From positions 1-40,601 of the IMG/VR virus record IMGVR_UViG_3300037462_000913: 40,601 nt of DNA. The stretch is one strand, 5' to 3'. The translations under genes were made by a program, and so were the position numbers. The notes under the pieces are model-generated. The model was not told the DNA's origin and ran no database searches. It saw only the letters and a list, made by a program, of their open reading frames with translations. Source of the DNA: a virus (taxonomy: Duplodnaviria > Caudoviricetes). Within the stretch, counting starts at the first letter, position 1. Every line of letters begins with the position of its first letter. Of the stretch, positions 17,887 to 26,753 are shown one piece after another.

Positions 17887-19273
17887 GTCGTGCCTCCTGA
17901 GGCAGGTCGCTCCATTTCCGGCGCGGCTCCTCGACGACTTCGAGGTACAGCACGCCGTCGCGTTCCTGCTTTGCCAAGATGGTGAACTGAAGGCCCGATG
18001 GCAAGAGGACCTCCTCTTCTTTGTCGGGGTATTGCGACAGAAGGTGAATGTCCCGTCCGCTTGTCGTGCGAATGTAGAACTGGATCGGACCGGAGAACGC
18101 CTTCTCCGGCACCCGGGAGGAGCTGGTCAGGCCTTCAAAGCTGAACCGAGTGCCGACCGGCGCGTCCCGGAAGAAGTCCGCCATCCGCGTCGTCGGCATT
18201 GGGATGCCCCTGACCGTAGTGCCGGAAAACGCAGGCAGGCGGCGCAGCGCGTTGTCGATGATCTGGACCAGCCGCAAAGCCTCGGGCTGCGCGTCGGCCC
18301 CAAGCGCCTTCTGACGAACAGCCATGTTCAAGCGCGCGTGATACGGGCCGGTGTATACGTGAATGGCGGCTGCCTCGGCCGCCGTGATCTGCGTCAGGCC
18401 TTCCGATTGCTGTCGCTGCCGCATCTCATCGATGATCTCGCCCACACGACCCACGCCGACCGCTTTCATCAGCTCGCGCACTTCGCGACCCGAGGGCCGG
18501 AAGGTGAGGGCCGTCAGATCTTCGACCAGGTTGTCGCCCAAAGGCAACGGCAGCTGCTTTGCCTTCTCTCGAACCCTCGCGACGATGTCTTGCGCCACAC
18601 TGCGCCCTGGCGCATAGGCCCAGCCCTTGTCGATGCCGACCGGCGCGCCGGTCTTCGGGTCCAGCTTCTGCCAACCATCGGGCAGCTCTTTCCCCGGCTG
18701 GCCGCCCAGGCGCTGTGCCCCCTTGAAGGTGCGGGCGCCGACGACATAGCAGCTGCAGCCCCAGCCGTTCGGCGGCGCGTGGGTGGCCCAGAACGGATGA
18801 TCGGGCGGCAGAACCAGGCCGTCCCAGCCAAGGTGAATGATGCGCGGCTCGACCGATCCGCCGTGGCGGTAGACCCAAAGGGGGAAGCCGCCCTCGATCA
18901 GCTGGGCCATTCTGCCCGCCGCGTAGCTGGTCCGCATGTTCGTCCGGTAGATGACGCGCGTCCGCCAGGCCTCGCCTGCCTTGGTGCCTTCGCCGGTCCA
19001 GCCGTGCCAGCCGCGTTCCTCGACGATTCGGCGAAAGTCGGCGCGGAACTCCTCCAGGCTGGTCCCCCGGCTGATCGCCTTGTCGACGGCCGCGGCAAGG
19101 TCGGCCAGAAGGTCGGCCTTCGTCGCCCCAGCCACCATGAAGGCGCGGTCGTGTTGCTCTTGCCAGAGGTCGTCCCACTTGGCCGTCGGCACCAGGTTGC
19201 CAAGCCGCAGGCGGAAGGCGGCGACCGCCTCCTTGAAGGGCTTGCCGAAAGTGCCGCGCAGCTCGTCAGCCAC
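17867..19273 (-). CDS. MuF (gp30) minor head protein fused to a C-terminal ADP-ribosyltransferase
   Basis: RAF.VAG, Y.TN..TSY.AGR and H...DG...P.D.PFW..H.PPNGWGC.C; C-terminus YTG..H..LN, TVRG, TSSS, EEEVLL; GTG start 19273. Confidence 0.9.
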   Translation of the reverse strand: MADELRGTFGKPFKEAVAAFRLRLGNLVPTAKWDDLWQEQHDRAFMVAGATKADLLADLAAAVDKAISRGTSLEEFRADFRRIVEERGWHGWTGEGTKAGEAWRTRVIYRTNMRTSYAAGRMAQLIEGGFPLWVYRHGGSVEPRIIHLGWDGLVLPPDHPFWATHAPPNGWGCSCYVVGARTFKGAQRLGGQPGKELPDGWQKLDPKTGAPVGIDKGWAYAPGRSVAQDIVARVREKAKQLPLPLGDNLVEDLTALTFRPSGREVRELMKAVGVGRVGEIIDEMRQRQQSEGLTQITAAEAAAIHVYTGPYHARLNMAVRQKALGADAQPEALRLVQIIDNALRRLPAFSGTTVRGIPMPTTRMADFFRDAPVGTRFSFEGLTSSSRVPEKAFSGPIQFYIRTTSGRDIHLLSQYPDKEEEVLLPSGLQFTILAKQERDGVLYLEVVEEPRRKWSDLPQEARHAEQMG

Positions 19274-20906
19274 CTTTGCCCTCGCTGTCACGCAAGGCGG
19301 CGACCCGGCCCCCGGCGTGGCCCGCCATCATCGCCTCGGCCAGGATCTGGGCAAAGTCGCTGACGTCGAGGTTCGGGTAGGCTTCCAGGAACATCTCCCG
19401 CACCTCGGCCAGGCTTCCGGCCGTCTCCATCATCGCTTCAAGCTGGCCGAGGATCTTCTCCATCATCGGGTCCAGCGCCACCGCCAGACCGTCGACCAGG
19501 GGGTCAATTTCGGACCCCGCAGGATTTGCGCTCTGAAGGGCCTTGGCGGGGGTCTCGGGCGCGGTGATACGTCCGGAAGGCTCACCCCGTTTAAAAACGC
19601 CGCTTTCGCTTTTAATTTCGGAATTCGGCGGCGGCGGCTCGGTCGCAGATGCAGCCGGACCGGTCGGGCGCATCAGTTTGGCCCCCGGTTTGGGGTCCGA
19701 CAGGTTGAACTTGTCCCTTACCTCGCCCTGGTCGATTTCCAGGCCCCGGTCGATCAGCGGCACGATCGCCGACGAGAAGGCAGCAAGGTCCTCCTGCTCG
19801 GGCTCCTCGATCTTGATCCGGGGGTAGACCTTCAGCGGGCCGAAGTTCAGCTGCATCCAGGGACGGATCAGATCCCGGTTCAGGATCGCCGCCAGCGCCC
19901 GGCCGTCGGCCGTCTGGATCGACTTCTGCACCTCGCGGTGTTCCTTGCCCGACCCCAGGCCCCCGGTCACCGCGTCGGTTGTCGCGGTCTGGCCCAGGAC
20001 ACCCTTCGACACCTGCTGGTCCAGCCAGTCGGCGCGCTTGAGGTACAGGTCGGTCGAGGCCCCGACGTTCGAAGTCTCGACAAAGTCGATGGTCATCGAT
20101 TCCGGGATGATGGCAGCGCAATCGCCCGCGATGTTCGACACCGCCCGGAAGAGGGTGTTCTTGTCGTCCTCGCTTGCCCCCGGCCCGAACTTGCCCACCC
20201 GCAGGGGCTGGCCGAAGGTCTGGGTGAAGATCGCCCAGTCGCGCTGGGTGTAGGCCTTGAACATCCAGGCCCAGGCCGCGACCCGCGCCAGGCCGGAGCG
20301 GAGGCCGAGGCCCGACTTCGCCTTGATCTGGGCGAAGATGAACTTGAAGGCGGGCAGCGGCAGCTCCTGCCCGCTGTCGCCCAGCATCAGCGGCGTGGCC
20401 AGGTTCTGCCGTTCGAAGCGGAACCAGCGCGGGTCGCGGTATTCCAGCCGGGCGGGCATCCACTGCCCCTCCGAGGTGTCCCAGAGGATCTCGGTGAAGC
20501 TGTAACCCTTGCCGATCGTGTCGAGGATGTCGAAAAGCTCGTCGGTCAGCTCGTCCCGCTTCAGCCAGGCACGAACCATCTCGGCATGACGCTCCGCCTC
20601 CGGGCTGTCATCCCCGGCCTCGACGCTGATCGGCATCTGGGTCACCGCCCGACGCCGGGTGCCAAGGACGCCCAGGTAGTGCAGGTCGCGTTCCTCAATC
20701 GTCTCGGCAAGCTCAAGGTAGCGGACCGGGTCGCCCTGGTCGGCCTCGCGCAGGATGTTCGCCAGCCGCACAGGATTCAGACCGTCGGCCGGATAGCCGG
20801 GCATCGGGTTGCGCACACCACCCAGGGTGGCGGCCGCAACCTCGGCCTTCAGGTCGGCCTTGCGGACGGGCTGGCCACGGTGATCGAGCAGCTGGGCGGT
20901 TTTCAT
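19266..20906 (-). CDS. portal protein (Mu gp29, DUF935)
   Basis: EERDLHY..VL..RR.AV, W..F.Q.FG.P.RVGK, SK.VLGQT.T, H.EV. Confidence 0.94.
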   Translation of the reverse strand: MKTAQLLDHRGQPVRKADLKAEVAAATLGGVRNPMPGYPADGLNPVRLANILREADQGDPVRYLELAETIEERDLHYLGVLGTRRRAVTQMPISVEAGDDSPEAERHAEMVRAWLKRDELTDELFDILDTIGKGYSFTEILWDTSEGQWMPARLEYRDPRWFRFERQNLATPLMLGDSGQELPLPAFKFIFAQIKAKSGLGLRSGLARVAAWAWMFKAYTQRDWAIFTQTFGQPLRVGKFGPGASEDDKNTLFRAVSNIAGDCAAIIPESMTIDFVETSNVGASTDLYLKRADWLDQQVSKGVLGQTATTDAVTGGLGSGKEHREVQKSIQTADGRALAAILNRDLIRPWMQLNFGPLKVYPRIKIEEPEQEDLAAFSSAIVPLIDRGLEIDQGEVRDKFNLSDPKPGAKLMRPTGPAASATEPPPPNSEIKSESGVFKRGEPSGRITAPETPAKALQSANPAGSEIDPLVDGLAVALDPMMEKILGQLEAMMETAGSLAEVREMFLEAYPNLDVSDFAQILAEAMMAGHAGGRVAALRDSEGKGG

Positions 20907-20910
20907 GGGG

Positions 20911-21180
20911 TCACCTTGTGGGTTTGGGCGGCGGCGGTCCGGTCGGACCTTCAGGCGGCGGCGTCCACTCTTCGGGGGTGCCCACCGCGCGCCGCTCGGT
21001 TTCGAAGCTGATGCCATACTCGCAGAAGACACGGGCCGAAGCTGGAACCTGGCGCACCCAGTAGTGCTCAAGCCAGACGCGGACTCCGTCACGCATCACC
21101 ACCGGGAACCAAGCGAAGACCAGTCGCCACTGGCCCCGGCGCTCTGTCTCTTGCTCTGGCGTCTCAGGGATCCAGCGCAT
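20911..21180 (-). CDS. hypothetical protein between terminase and portal
   Basis: TGATG coupling; W..VFAWFPV...G.RVWLE. Confidence 0.7.
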   Translation of the reverse strand: MRWIPETPEQETERRGQWRLVFAWFPVVMRDGVRVWLEHYWVRQVPASARVFCEYGISFETERRAVGTPEEWTPPPEGPTGPPPPKPTR

Positions 21181-22832
21181 CAGAACACCCCTCCCCGCAG
21201 CCGTGCCCCAAGCGGTTGCCGCCAGCGGTCTGCCTCGTCGTCCTGGTCCTGGGCCAGCGCCGACCGGCCCGGCCTGCGGTCGGACTGGACGCCCCGGTAG
21301 GAATACTCCGACCAGCGCATGCGGCTGGCCCAGTGGGCGAGCGCGAGGGCGATGGCATAGTCGCCGTGCCGCTTCTTGCCTGTCTCACCTTCGCGCAGAG
21401 CGGGGACGCGGGGGATGCCCCGGACCAGCTTGACCAAGCGCAGGTCGGACAGGTGCAGCTCGTCGGCGATCAGCGCAATGGCGTCATCCTCGAATGCGGC
21501 CTTCAGGGGCGGCATGTGCAGGCGGTACCATTCCTCGGTGAACTTCACCGCCATTATCAGGCCCGCGCCCTGCTCGTGATCCTCGCGCAGGCCGAACTTC
21601 CGGCCCATGTCCTCGGCCACGGTCCAGCCCATGCCAGTTGCGTCGAAGCCTGCGCCGATCAGCTGGGCGCGCACCGCCTCCAGCACCATGCCGACGATCA
21701 TCTTCTGCTCGTCGCCCGGCACGTTGCGCATCTCGATCGACAGCGCCTCGGTCCGTTTAAGGGCCTGTTCAATGGCCAGCAAAGACACCGTTGAAAGGTC
21801 GGAAACGCGGCCGAAGTCGAAACCGAAAGCGTACTTCACGTCACGGGGCAGCGCGGCCAGCTGATCCTTCAGGTCGGCCAGGAATTCGGCCAGAAGGGCC
21901 TGCTGGTCGAGGCGGTGGCGGTAGAGGTAATCGGCGGGCAGCTCCAGTCGCAGTACCTTGCGCTTGACCGTCATCCGCGCCTCGATCAGCGGGGCGGGCA
22001 GCCAGGCGCCGGAGGAGAGGCTCGGGACGCAGAACAGTTCCTCGTCCGCACCGTCGCCGTAGAAGTCGATGATGTCCTGCCGCCACTTCGCTTCCGCCTC
22101 GGGCGTCCAGGTCTTTCCGGTGACCAGCGCGATCCGCTGGTAAAGGCCCTCGTTCAGCGCCTGGTCGAAGTCGATGCGCAGGTGGGCGTATTTCGACCGG
22201 CCCGACAGGATGTCCTGGACCCCTTGGTTGAACGGGTTCTCGGCCCCATCATGGGTGGAGCAGACGACGACCTGGCCGCCCCACATCAGGAAGGCGAGCG
22301 CCGCCTTCAGAAGCTCTGCCAGCTGGTCGACGAAGGCTGCCTCGTCGATGATCACCACGCCCTGTTTGCCGCGCAGGCCGCGCGGGGCCGACGACAGGGC
22401 CATGATCTCGAAGCCGCTGGCGAACTTGATCCGGAAGGCGTTGATCGCCTTGTCGCCGTCGCCCTGGTCGAACAACGTCTCCTCGACGGCCGCCGCGGCG
22501 CTGTCAAAGGCGCGGGCCCACATCGCGCAGGCGTCGATGAACTCGCGCGTCATCTCGCGGCTGTAGGAGATGTACATCACGTCCATCCCGCCCGCCGCCT
22601 TCTGGCGACCAGCGCGCAGGACGGCATAGGCCGCCAGCCCCCAGGTCAGGCCGATCCGGCGCGACTTCTCGACGAACAGGACCGGGCAGGCGCTGTCCAG
22701 AAGCCCCACCGCCCGCGCCTGATAGGGCAGCAGGACGGCGGGCAGCCCATGCGCCCTCACCTCGGCCGGGATCGAGGCCATGGCGGCAGCGCGGGCTTCG
22801 GCCCAGGCCTTTTCGGTCAGGGGGGCGGTCAC
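21180..22832 (-). CDS. terL: terminase large subunit (Mu gp28)
   Basis: LLPYQ, EKSRRIG.TW, IIDEAAF, G.DFGR..D, DATGMG, HGD.AIA. Confidence 0.95.
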   Translation of the reverse strand: MTAPLTEKAWAEARAAAMASIPAEVRAHGLPAVLLPYQARAVGLLDSACPVLFVEKSRRIGLTWGLAAYAVLRAGRQKAAGGMDVMYISYSREMTREFIDACAMWARAFDSAAAAVEETLFDQGDGDKAINAFRIKFASGFEIMALSSAPRGLRGKQGVVIIDEAAFVDQLAELLKAALAFLMWGGQVVVCSTHDGAENPFNQGVQDILSGRSKYAHLRIDFDQALNEGLYQRIALVTGKTWTPEAEAKWRQDIIDFYGDGADEELFCVPSLSSGAWLPAPLIEARMTVKRKVLRLELPADYLYRHRLDQQALLAEFLADLKDQLAALPRDVKYAFGFDFGRVSDLSTVSLLAIEQALKRTEALSIEMRNVPGDEQKMIVGMVLEAVRAQLIGAGFDATGMGWTVAEDMGRKFGLREDHEQGAGLIMAVKFTEEWYRLHMPPLKAAFEDDAIALIADELHLSDLRLVKLVRGIPRVPALREGETGKKRHGDYAIALALAHWASRMRWSEYSYRGVQSDRRPGRSALAQDQDDEADRWRQPLGARLRGGVF

Positions 22833-23092
22833 TTCAAGGCCTCCAAGGCGCGAACTTGGGCCTCGGCTTCCTGTCTCGTGGCGCGCAGAAGGTCTCGCGC
22901 GGCTTCGGTGCATTCGCGTTCTGCCGACCGCAGTTTTCGTGTTGCCGACCCGGGCATGTGCCTGGCAAAGAGACCCTCGCCCTTTGCGGCATCGCGCAGT
23001 TCATCGCGCCGAAACAGCGCGGCATGCAATCGGCCCTGCCAATAAAGCAGGTCTGATTCCGTCCTGGACAGGCAGGGGCCGCCGATGATCAC
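22829..23092 (-). CDS. hypothetical protein
   Basis: GTGA coupling at both ends. Confidence 0.6.
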   Translation of the reverse strand: MIIGGPCLSRTESDLLYWQGRLHAALFRRDELRDAAKGEGLFARHMPGSATRKLRSAERECTEAARDLLRATRQEAEAQVRALEALK

Positions 23093-23349
23093 CGCTTGCC
23101 CTCCATCGCGTCCACCTTCTGGCCAAGGATCGCTGCGGCTGCCCGCGCCACCAGCGCCCAGGCACCGGACTTGCGGTGGTGGCCGGTGATCATCGTTCGG
23201 CCAGCAGCCTTGCCTTCCAGCAGGAAGTCGCCGCCCGCCTCGGACCACTCCAGCGAGTAGTCGGAGATCTCCGGCAGGTCCGCGCTCTGATTGACCAGCT
23301 TCGCGAAGCCGATCAGCCGACCGTTCAGCTTGACCTCGACCGTCAGCAT
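23089..23349 (-). CDS. hypothetical protein
   Basis: TGATG coupling to the Acb2-like gene. Confidence 0.7.
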   Translation of the reverse strand: MLTVEVKLNGRLIGFAKLVNQSADLPEISDYSLEWSEAGGDFLLEGKAAGRTMITGHHRKSGAWALVARAAAAILGQKVDAMEGKR

Positions 23350-23603
23350 CACGGCACTTCGTCAGACAGCTGCACTCGGCCCGGCTTGAAGATCGACCGG
23401 TTCACGGCCATGAAGCCCTGCTCGATCTGGGTCCGCCCGATGGCCAGCCAGCGCTTGTCGACGCCGGGCATCTCGGCCAGGTCATCGAGGTTGCGCAGAA
23501 CGATCTCCTCGACGACCTTGTTGGCGTTGACCAGTTCCACGGCCTCGGTGCTTTGCGGCTTGTAGCCTGCGACCGGCAGGCCGTCGTGTTTCGGATCGCT
23601 CAC
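23349..23603 (-). CDS. acb2: Acb2-like anti-CBASS cyclic-nucleotide sponge
   Basis: GY-x14-K and RWLAIGRTQIEQGFMAVNRSIFKP match my recollection of Acb2 ([24 protein letters not shown]). Confidence 0.82.
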   Translation of the reverse strand: MSDPKHDGLPVAGYKPQSTEAVELVNANKVVEEIVLRNLDDLAEMPGVDKRWLAIGRTQIEQGFMAVNRSIFKPGRVQLSDEVP

Positions 23604-24184
23604 TTCGTCACCCCCAGAATTTCAGCCTTGATCTGCTCGGCCGTCTCGGCGGTCAGGCCCTTGGCCTTCGCCACGGCCTCCACCGCCGCGCCCAGCTTCT
23701 CTTGCAGCTGGGCGGTCTCTTTGCTCCGCCGGGTCGAGGACAGGTTCTGCGCGCTCTGGGCGTGCTTGAAGGCCTCGGCCAGTTCCTTCAGCGCCTTGGG
23801 CTGGATGCCCTCGCTGCCGTCGCCCAGCATGTGCAGGACGACCGACTTGATCATCTCGCCGGTGATGACCGTCAGGTCGTCGGATGACTGCGCGTCGTGC
23901 TTCTGGGCCAGGACGGCGACGATCTCGCGCGTCTCTTCCAGGCGGCGGCTCAGGCGGGCCTGCCGGATCGAGTAGCGGTTGAAGCTAGAGAACGCCGGGA
24001 TCTTGAACTCCAGCTCGCCGCGATGCTCGGCCATCAGCGCCTGGCACTGGCTCACGAAGTCCGCGTAGATCTCGGTCTGGGTCCGCTCACGCGATGCAAG
24101 CTCCATTGCCGCCCAAGCGACGATGCCCTCGGCCTCTGGCGGCAGAAGGTCGAAAGAGGAGAGCCGCCCGCGCCCGGTGGCCAT
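23600..24184 (-). CDS. DUF3486 / Mu gp27 (terminase small subunit)
   Basis: GRLSSFDLLP, SSFNRY, GLTAETAE.I...ILG. Confidence 0.88.
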   Translation of the reverse strand: MATGRGRLSSFDLLPPEAEGIVAWAAMELASRERTQTEIYADFVSQCQALMAEHRGELEFKIPAFSSFNRYSIRQARLSRRLEETREIVAVLAQKHDAQSSDDLTVITGEMIKSVVLHMLGDGSEGIQPKALKELAEAFKHAQSAQNLSSTRRSKETAQLQEKLGAAVEAVAKAKGLTAETAEQIKAEILGVTK

Positions 24185-24187
24185 GGC

Positions 24188-24493
24188 TCACTCCCCCGGA
24201 CGCGAGGGGCGCTTGACGCCCTCGATCACGATGGCGCGGCGCAGGTGGCGGTGGCCCTTCTCGGTCAGCGTGGCGACGACGACGCTGCCCGGCTTGATCA
24301 GCGTGACCGCGCCCATTTCGGCCAGCCAGTCCAGCTCGCCGTGGATCCACTCGCGCGGGCGGTCGATGCCGAATCGCGCCAGCTCGTCGACCAGATAGCC
24401 GGAGTGCAGCCGCTCATCGACCTGACCGGCCAGCGCCTTCAGAATGATCAGGCGGGCGTCTTCGCGGATCAGTGTGTCCATGTCCTTCGTCAT
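24188..24493 (-). CDS. Mu gp26-like winged-helix protein
   Basis: RL.IL..L, L.WL.E.G.V, LT..G, GVKRPS. Confidence 0.85.
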   Translation of the reverse strand: MTKDMDTLIREDARLIILKALAGQVDERLHSGYLVDELARFGIDRPREWIHGELDWLAEMGAVTLIKPGSVVVATLTEKGHRHLRRAIVIEGVKRPSRPGE

Positions 24494-24834
24494 TTCCGGC
24501 CTTGCTCGATCAGAAGTTCCTGCATCCGCTCGCTGATGGCCGCGACGGGCTTCAGCCGCTCGTCTAGGCGGTCGATGTGGCCCTCCATCCGGGCCAGCGA
24601 CAGCTCCAGACGGTGCATCATGTCGGCGTTGGGCAGCCCGTCGACCCGGTCGCGCAGCCGGGCATGGGCGGCGCTCAGCTGCGCGAGCTCCCCCTTCACC
24701 GCATCAATCACAGCCGCGTTCTTCTTGGCGGGGCCAGAGAAGATGGTCCACAGGACGGTGAGGACGCTGAGAACGCTGCCCAGGCCAGCAAACCACATGA
24801 GAAGGGTGGCGACAGAGGTGTCGGCTGGCGTCAC
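24490..24834 (-). CDS. DUF2730 family protein (Mu gp25-like)
   Basis: N-terminal TM segment, coiled coil with LP....H.L.L.L. Confidence 0.78.
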   Translation of the reverse strand: MTPADTSVATLLMWFAGLGSVLSVLTVLWTIFSGPAKKNAAVIDAVKGELAQLSAAHARLRDRVDGLPNADMMHRLELSLARMEGHIDRLDERLKPVAAISERMQELLIEQGRK

Positions 24835-25343
24835 TTCTTCGCCCCCACCCACTTCGCGGCCATGTCCTTCAGGGTGTGCCCACCCATGTAAAGGCCCATG
24901 TAAAGGCCGGTGAAGGTCACCAGCTGGTCATAGGGCATCGGCGGAAGGGCGATCTTCCAGATGGCGTTGCAGACGTGCAGGATCACCACCTGCCAGGCCC
25001 ACAGCACCATGACGAAGTACATGCCCAGCGGACGCCACGCTGCCTTCCAGCCGCCCTCTTCCTGCTCGGCCATCAGAAGCGCGTTCTGGTGTTCCAGGCC
25101 CTTGGCATAGAGGGCGACCAGTTCCGGCGTCATCGGCTCGACCTGGCGCATGGCCTCGATCACCTTGCCTGGGCTGTCCACGGCAAGGCCTTCCAGGGCC
25201 TCCGGCTGCACACCGGCGCGGCCTGCGACCGCCCCCAGGACATCGGCTACGAGACCGCCGTTCTTGCCCCCCAGCTTGCCCTCCAGGACCGACCGGATGA
25301 TTGGAAAGCCCGCTTGCAGGGCGAGTGCGACAAGGGCGCTCAT
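24831..25343 (-). CDS. holin (GTA-type 3TM family-like)
   Basis: WRP motif followed by TM segments, GLYMGGHT.K. Confidence 0.7.
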   Translation of the reverse strand: MSALVALALQAGFPIIRSVLEGKLGGKNGGLVADVLGAVAGRAGVQPEALEGLAVDSPGKVIEAMRQVEPMTPELVALYAKGLEHQNALLMAEQEEGGWKAAWRPLGMYFVMVLWAWQVVILHVCNAIWKIALPPMPYDQLVTFTGLYMGLYMGGHTLKDMAAKWVGAKK

Positions 25344-25672
25344 GTCAGGTCTCCTCCCCGGCAGCGGTCGCTTTCCAGCCCGTTCCGGCCGAGACGAGGC
25401 ACGCCACCCCCCCCCCGGACCAGCATGGCCGTCCAGGTCGACCCATCCGCCTTTGCCGTGATCACCAGTTGACCGGCTTCACCGCGGTCGCCGACCCAGA
25501 CGATCTGCTCGTGATAGGCCTCGGACAGGTCCGAAAGCACGTCGACGTAGCCGCCGCACTGTGCGGACTGTGCATAAGCGGGTTCCGAAGCCAGACCAAG
25601 GCTCCGGACCAGAACGACCAGGCAGACCGCAAGCCAGAAGCCGGACCGGAGAAGGTTTGAAAGGGCTCTCAT
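25340..25672 (-). CDS. exported lysis-region protein, apparently frameshifted at a G10 tract
   Basis: Signal peptide and AQCG; removing one G restores ...VACLVSAGTGWKATAAGEET*. Confidence 0.7.
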   Translation of the reverse strand: MRALSNLLRSGFWLAVCLVVLVRSLGLASEPAYAQSAQCGGYVDVLSDLSEAYHEQIVWVGDRGEAGQLVITAKADGSTWTAMLVRGGGGVPRLGRNGLESDRCRGGDLT

Positions 25673-26583
25673 CAGAAGCTCCGCAGGAAGGCCGCGACAC
25701 GCGGCAGGGGGGATTGGACGGCAGCGGCGATCTGGTCGCGGTAGCGCCAGGCCAGCCACAGGGCGTAAAGGGCGGCACCGGCAAAGACTGCCTCGGTCAG
25801 CCAGGGCATCGCCTCCAGGCCCGGAATGTCGGCTGGATCAGCCACGCTGACCCCGCCCGAGGCCGCGCCGACTGCAGCGGTGGGCTTGGCCTTGCCCCGC
25901 GCATCCAGGGCGCGCTGCAGGGTGGACAGGGTGGCGCGCCCCAGGATGCCGTCTACCGTCAGGTCGTACTTCTTCTGGAACGCGCGGACGACCTTCTCGG
26001 ACAGCAGAACCTCTGACGCGCCAAGACGAAAGCCCAGGCGCTCAAAGCCATCGATGACGTTCACCAGCTCTTCAGGGGTCAACGGCAGTGCGATCTTCGC
26101 AGCACCGGGGTTCGCCAACTGCTTGATGCCCTTGTCGCTCTCATAGCGCCCGAACCGGATCAGCTGATACTCGGCCTCACGGCGGCGGACGAGGCCGGGC
26201 AGCACCTTGCCGCCACCCTTATTCCAAAGCTTCAGCTTGGCCTCGACCTGAACCCAGTTCTGCAGCATCCAGGCCTTGACCCAGCTTGCCCGGTGGATTG
26301 CGCCGGTGTTGAAATCAAAGCCGACAGCGCCGTCGAACTCGTGCTGCTTGGCCTTCGGCATCACCTTGGCCACGCGCGGCTCATAGTTCCGCCGCAAGGC
26401 CAGGGTCAGCAGCCGGTCCGATTCCTCAGCCGTGATCACCATGCCAGGGCGGACCTTGATCACGCCCGAGGCGCTGGTCAGACCGACACCGATGGTCAGG
26501 ATGCCCACGGGATCGCGGTAGGCCTTCAGGACCTCGCCTTCGTGCAGCTTCAGGTCGGCCCTGCCTTTGGCGCTGGTCTGCAT
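25672..26583 (-). CDS. endolysin: GH24 lysozyme + peptidoglycan-binding domain + C-terminal TM
   Basis: HEG....Y.D.VG..TIG.G, GL..RR..E, FQK...L.VDGI.G..T; GGAG RBS. Confidence 0.93.
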   Translation of the reverse strand: MQTSAKGRADLKLHEGEVLKAYRDPVGILTIGVGLTSASGVIKVRPGMVITAEESDRLLTLALRRNYEPRVAKVMPKAKQHEFDGAVGFDFNTGAIHRASWVKAWMLQNWVQVEAKLKLWNKGGGKVLPGLVRRREAEYQLIRFGRYESDKGIKQLANPGAAKIALPLTPEELVNVIDGFERLGFRLGASEVLLSEKVVRAFQKKYDLTVDGILGRATLSTLQRALDARGKAKPTAAVGAASGGVSVADPADIPGLEAMPWLTEAVFAGAALYALWLAWRYRDQIAAAVQSPLPRVAAFLRSF

Positions 26584-26654
26584 CGGTCTCTCCGGGAAAG
26601 GCCGGATCAACCGGCGATTGCCCGCCCAAGATGCCCTGCGGCTTCTGGGAAAAT

Positions 26655-26674
26655 CACCCACAAGGGCTTGCGGG
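26655..26674 (-). promoter_or_regulatory. late promoter activator site (copy 2, lysis operon)
   Basis: 20-bp identity with 16945-16964. Confidence 0.75.
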
Positions 26675-26753
26675 GGTGAGGCCGGAGGAAGGAGCAATCC
26701 AGTGGACTGATCCCCGGCCGAACGCACGAGCCGTGCGAGGGCCGGTCAGGGGA

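Noticed and set aside
17532-17915. 127-aa ORF as the immunity gene
   Set aside because: Arg/Ser/Pro-rich off-frame composition; 17569-17886 has a better RBS and a protein-like sequence
24883-24908. 12-bp tandem repeat cccatgtaaagg
   Set aside because: Encodes GLYM-GLYM within a holin TM segment; only two copies
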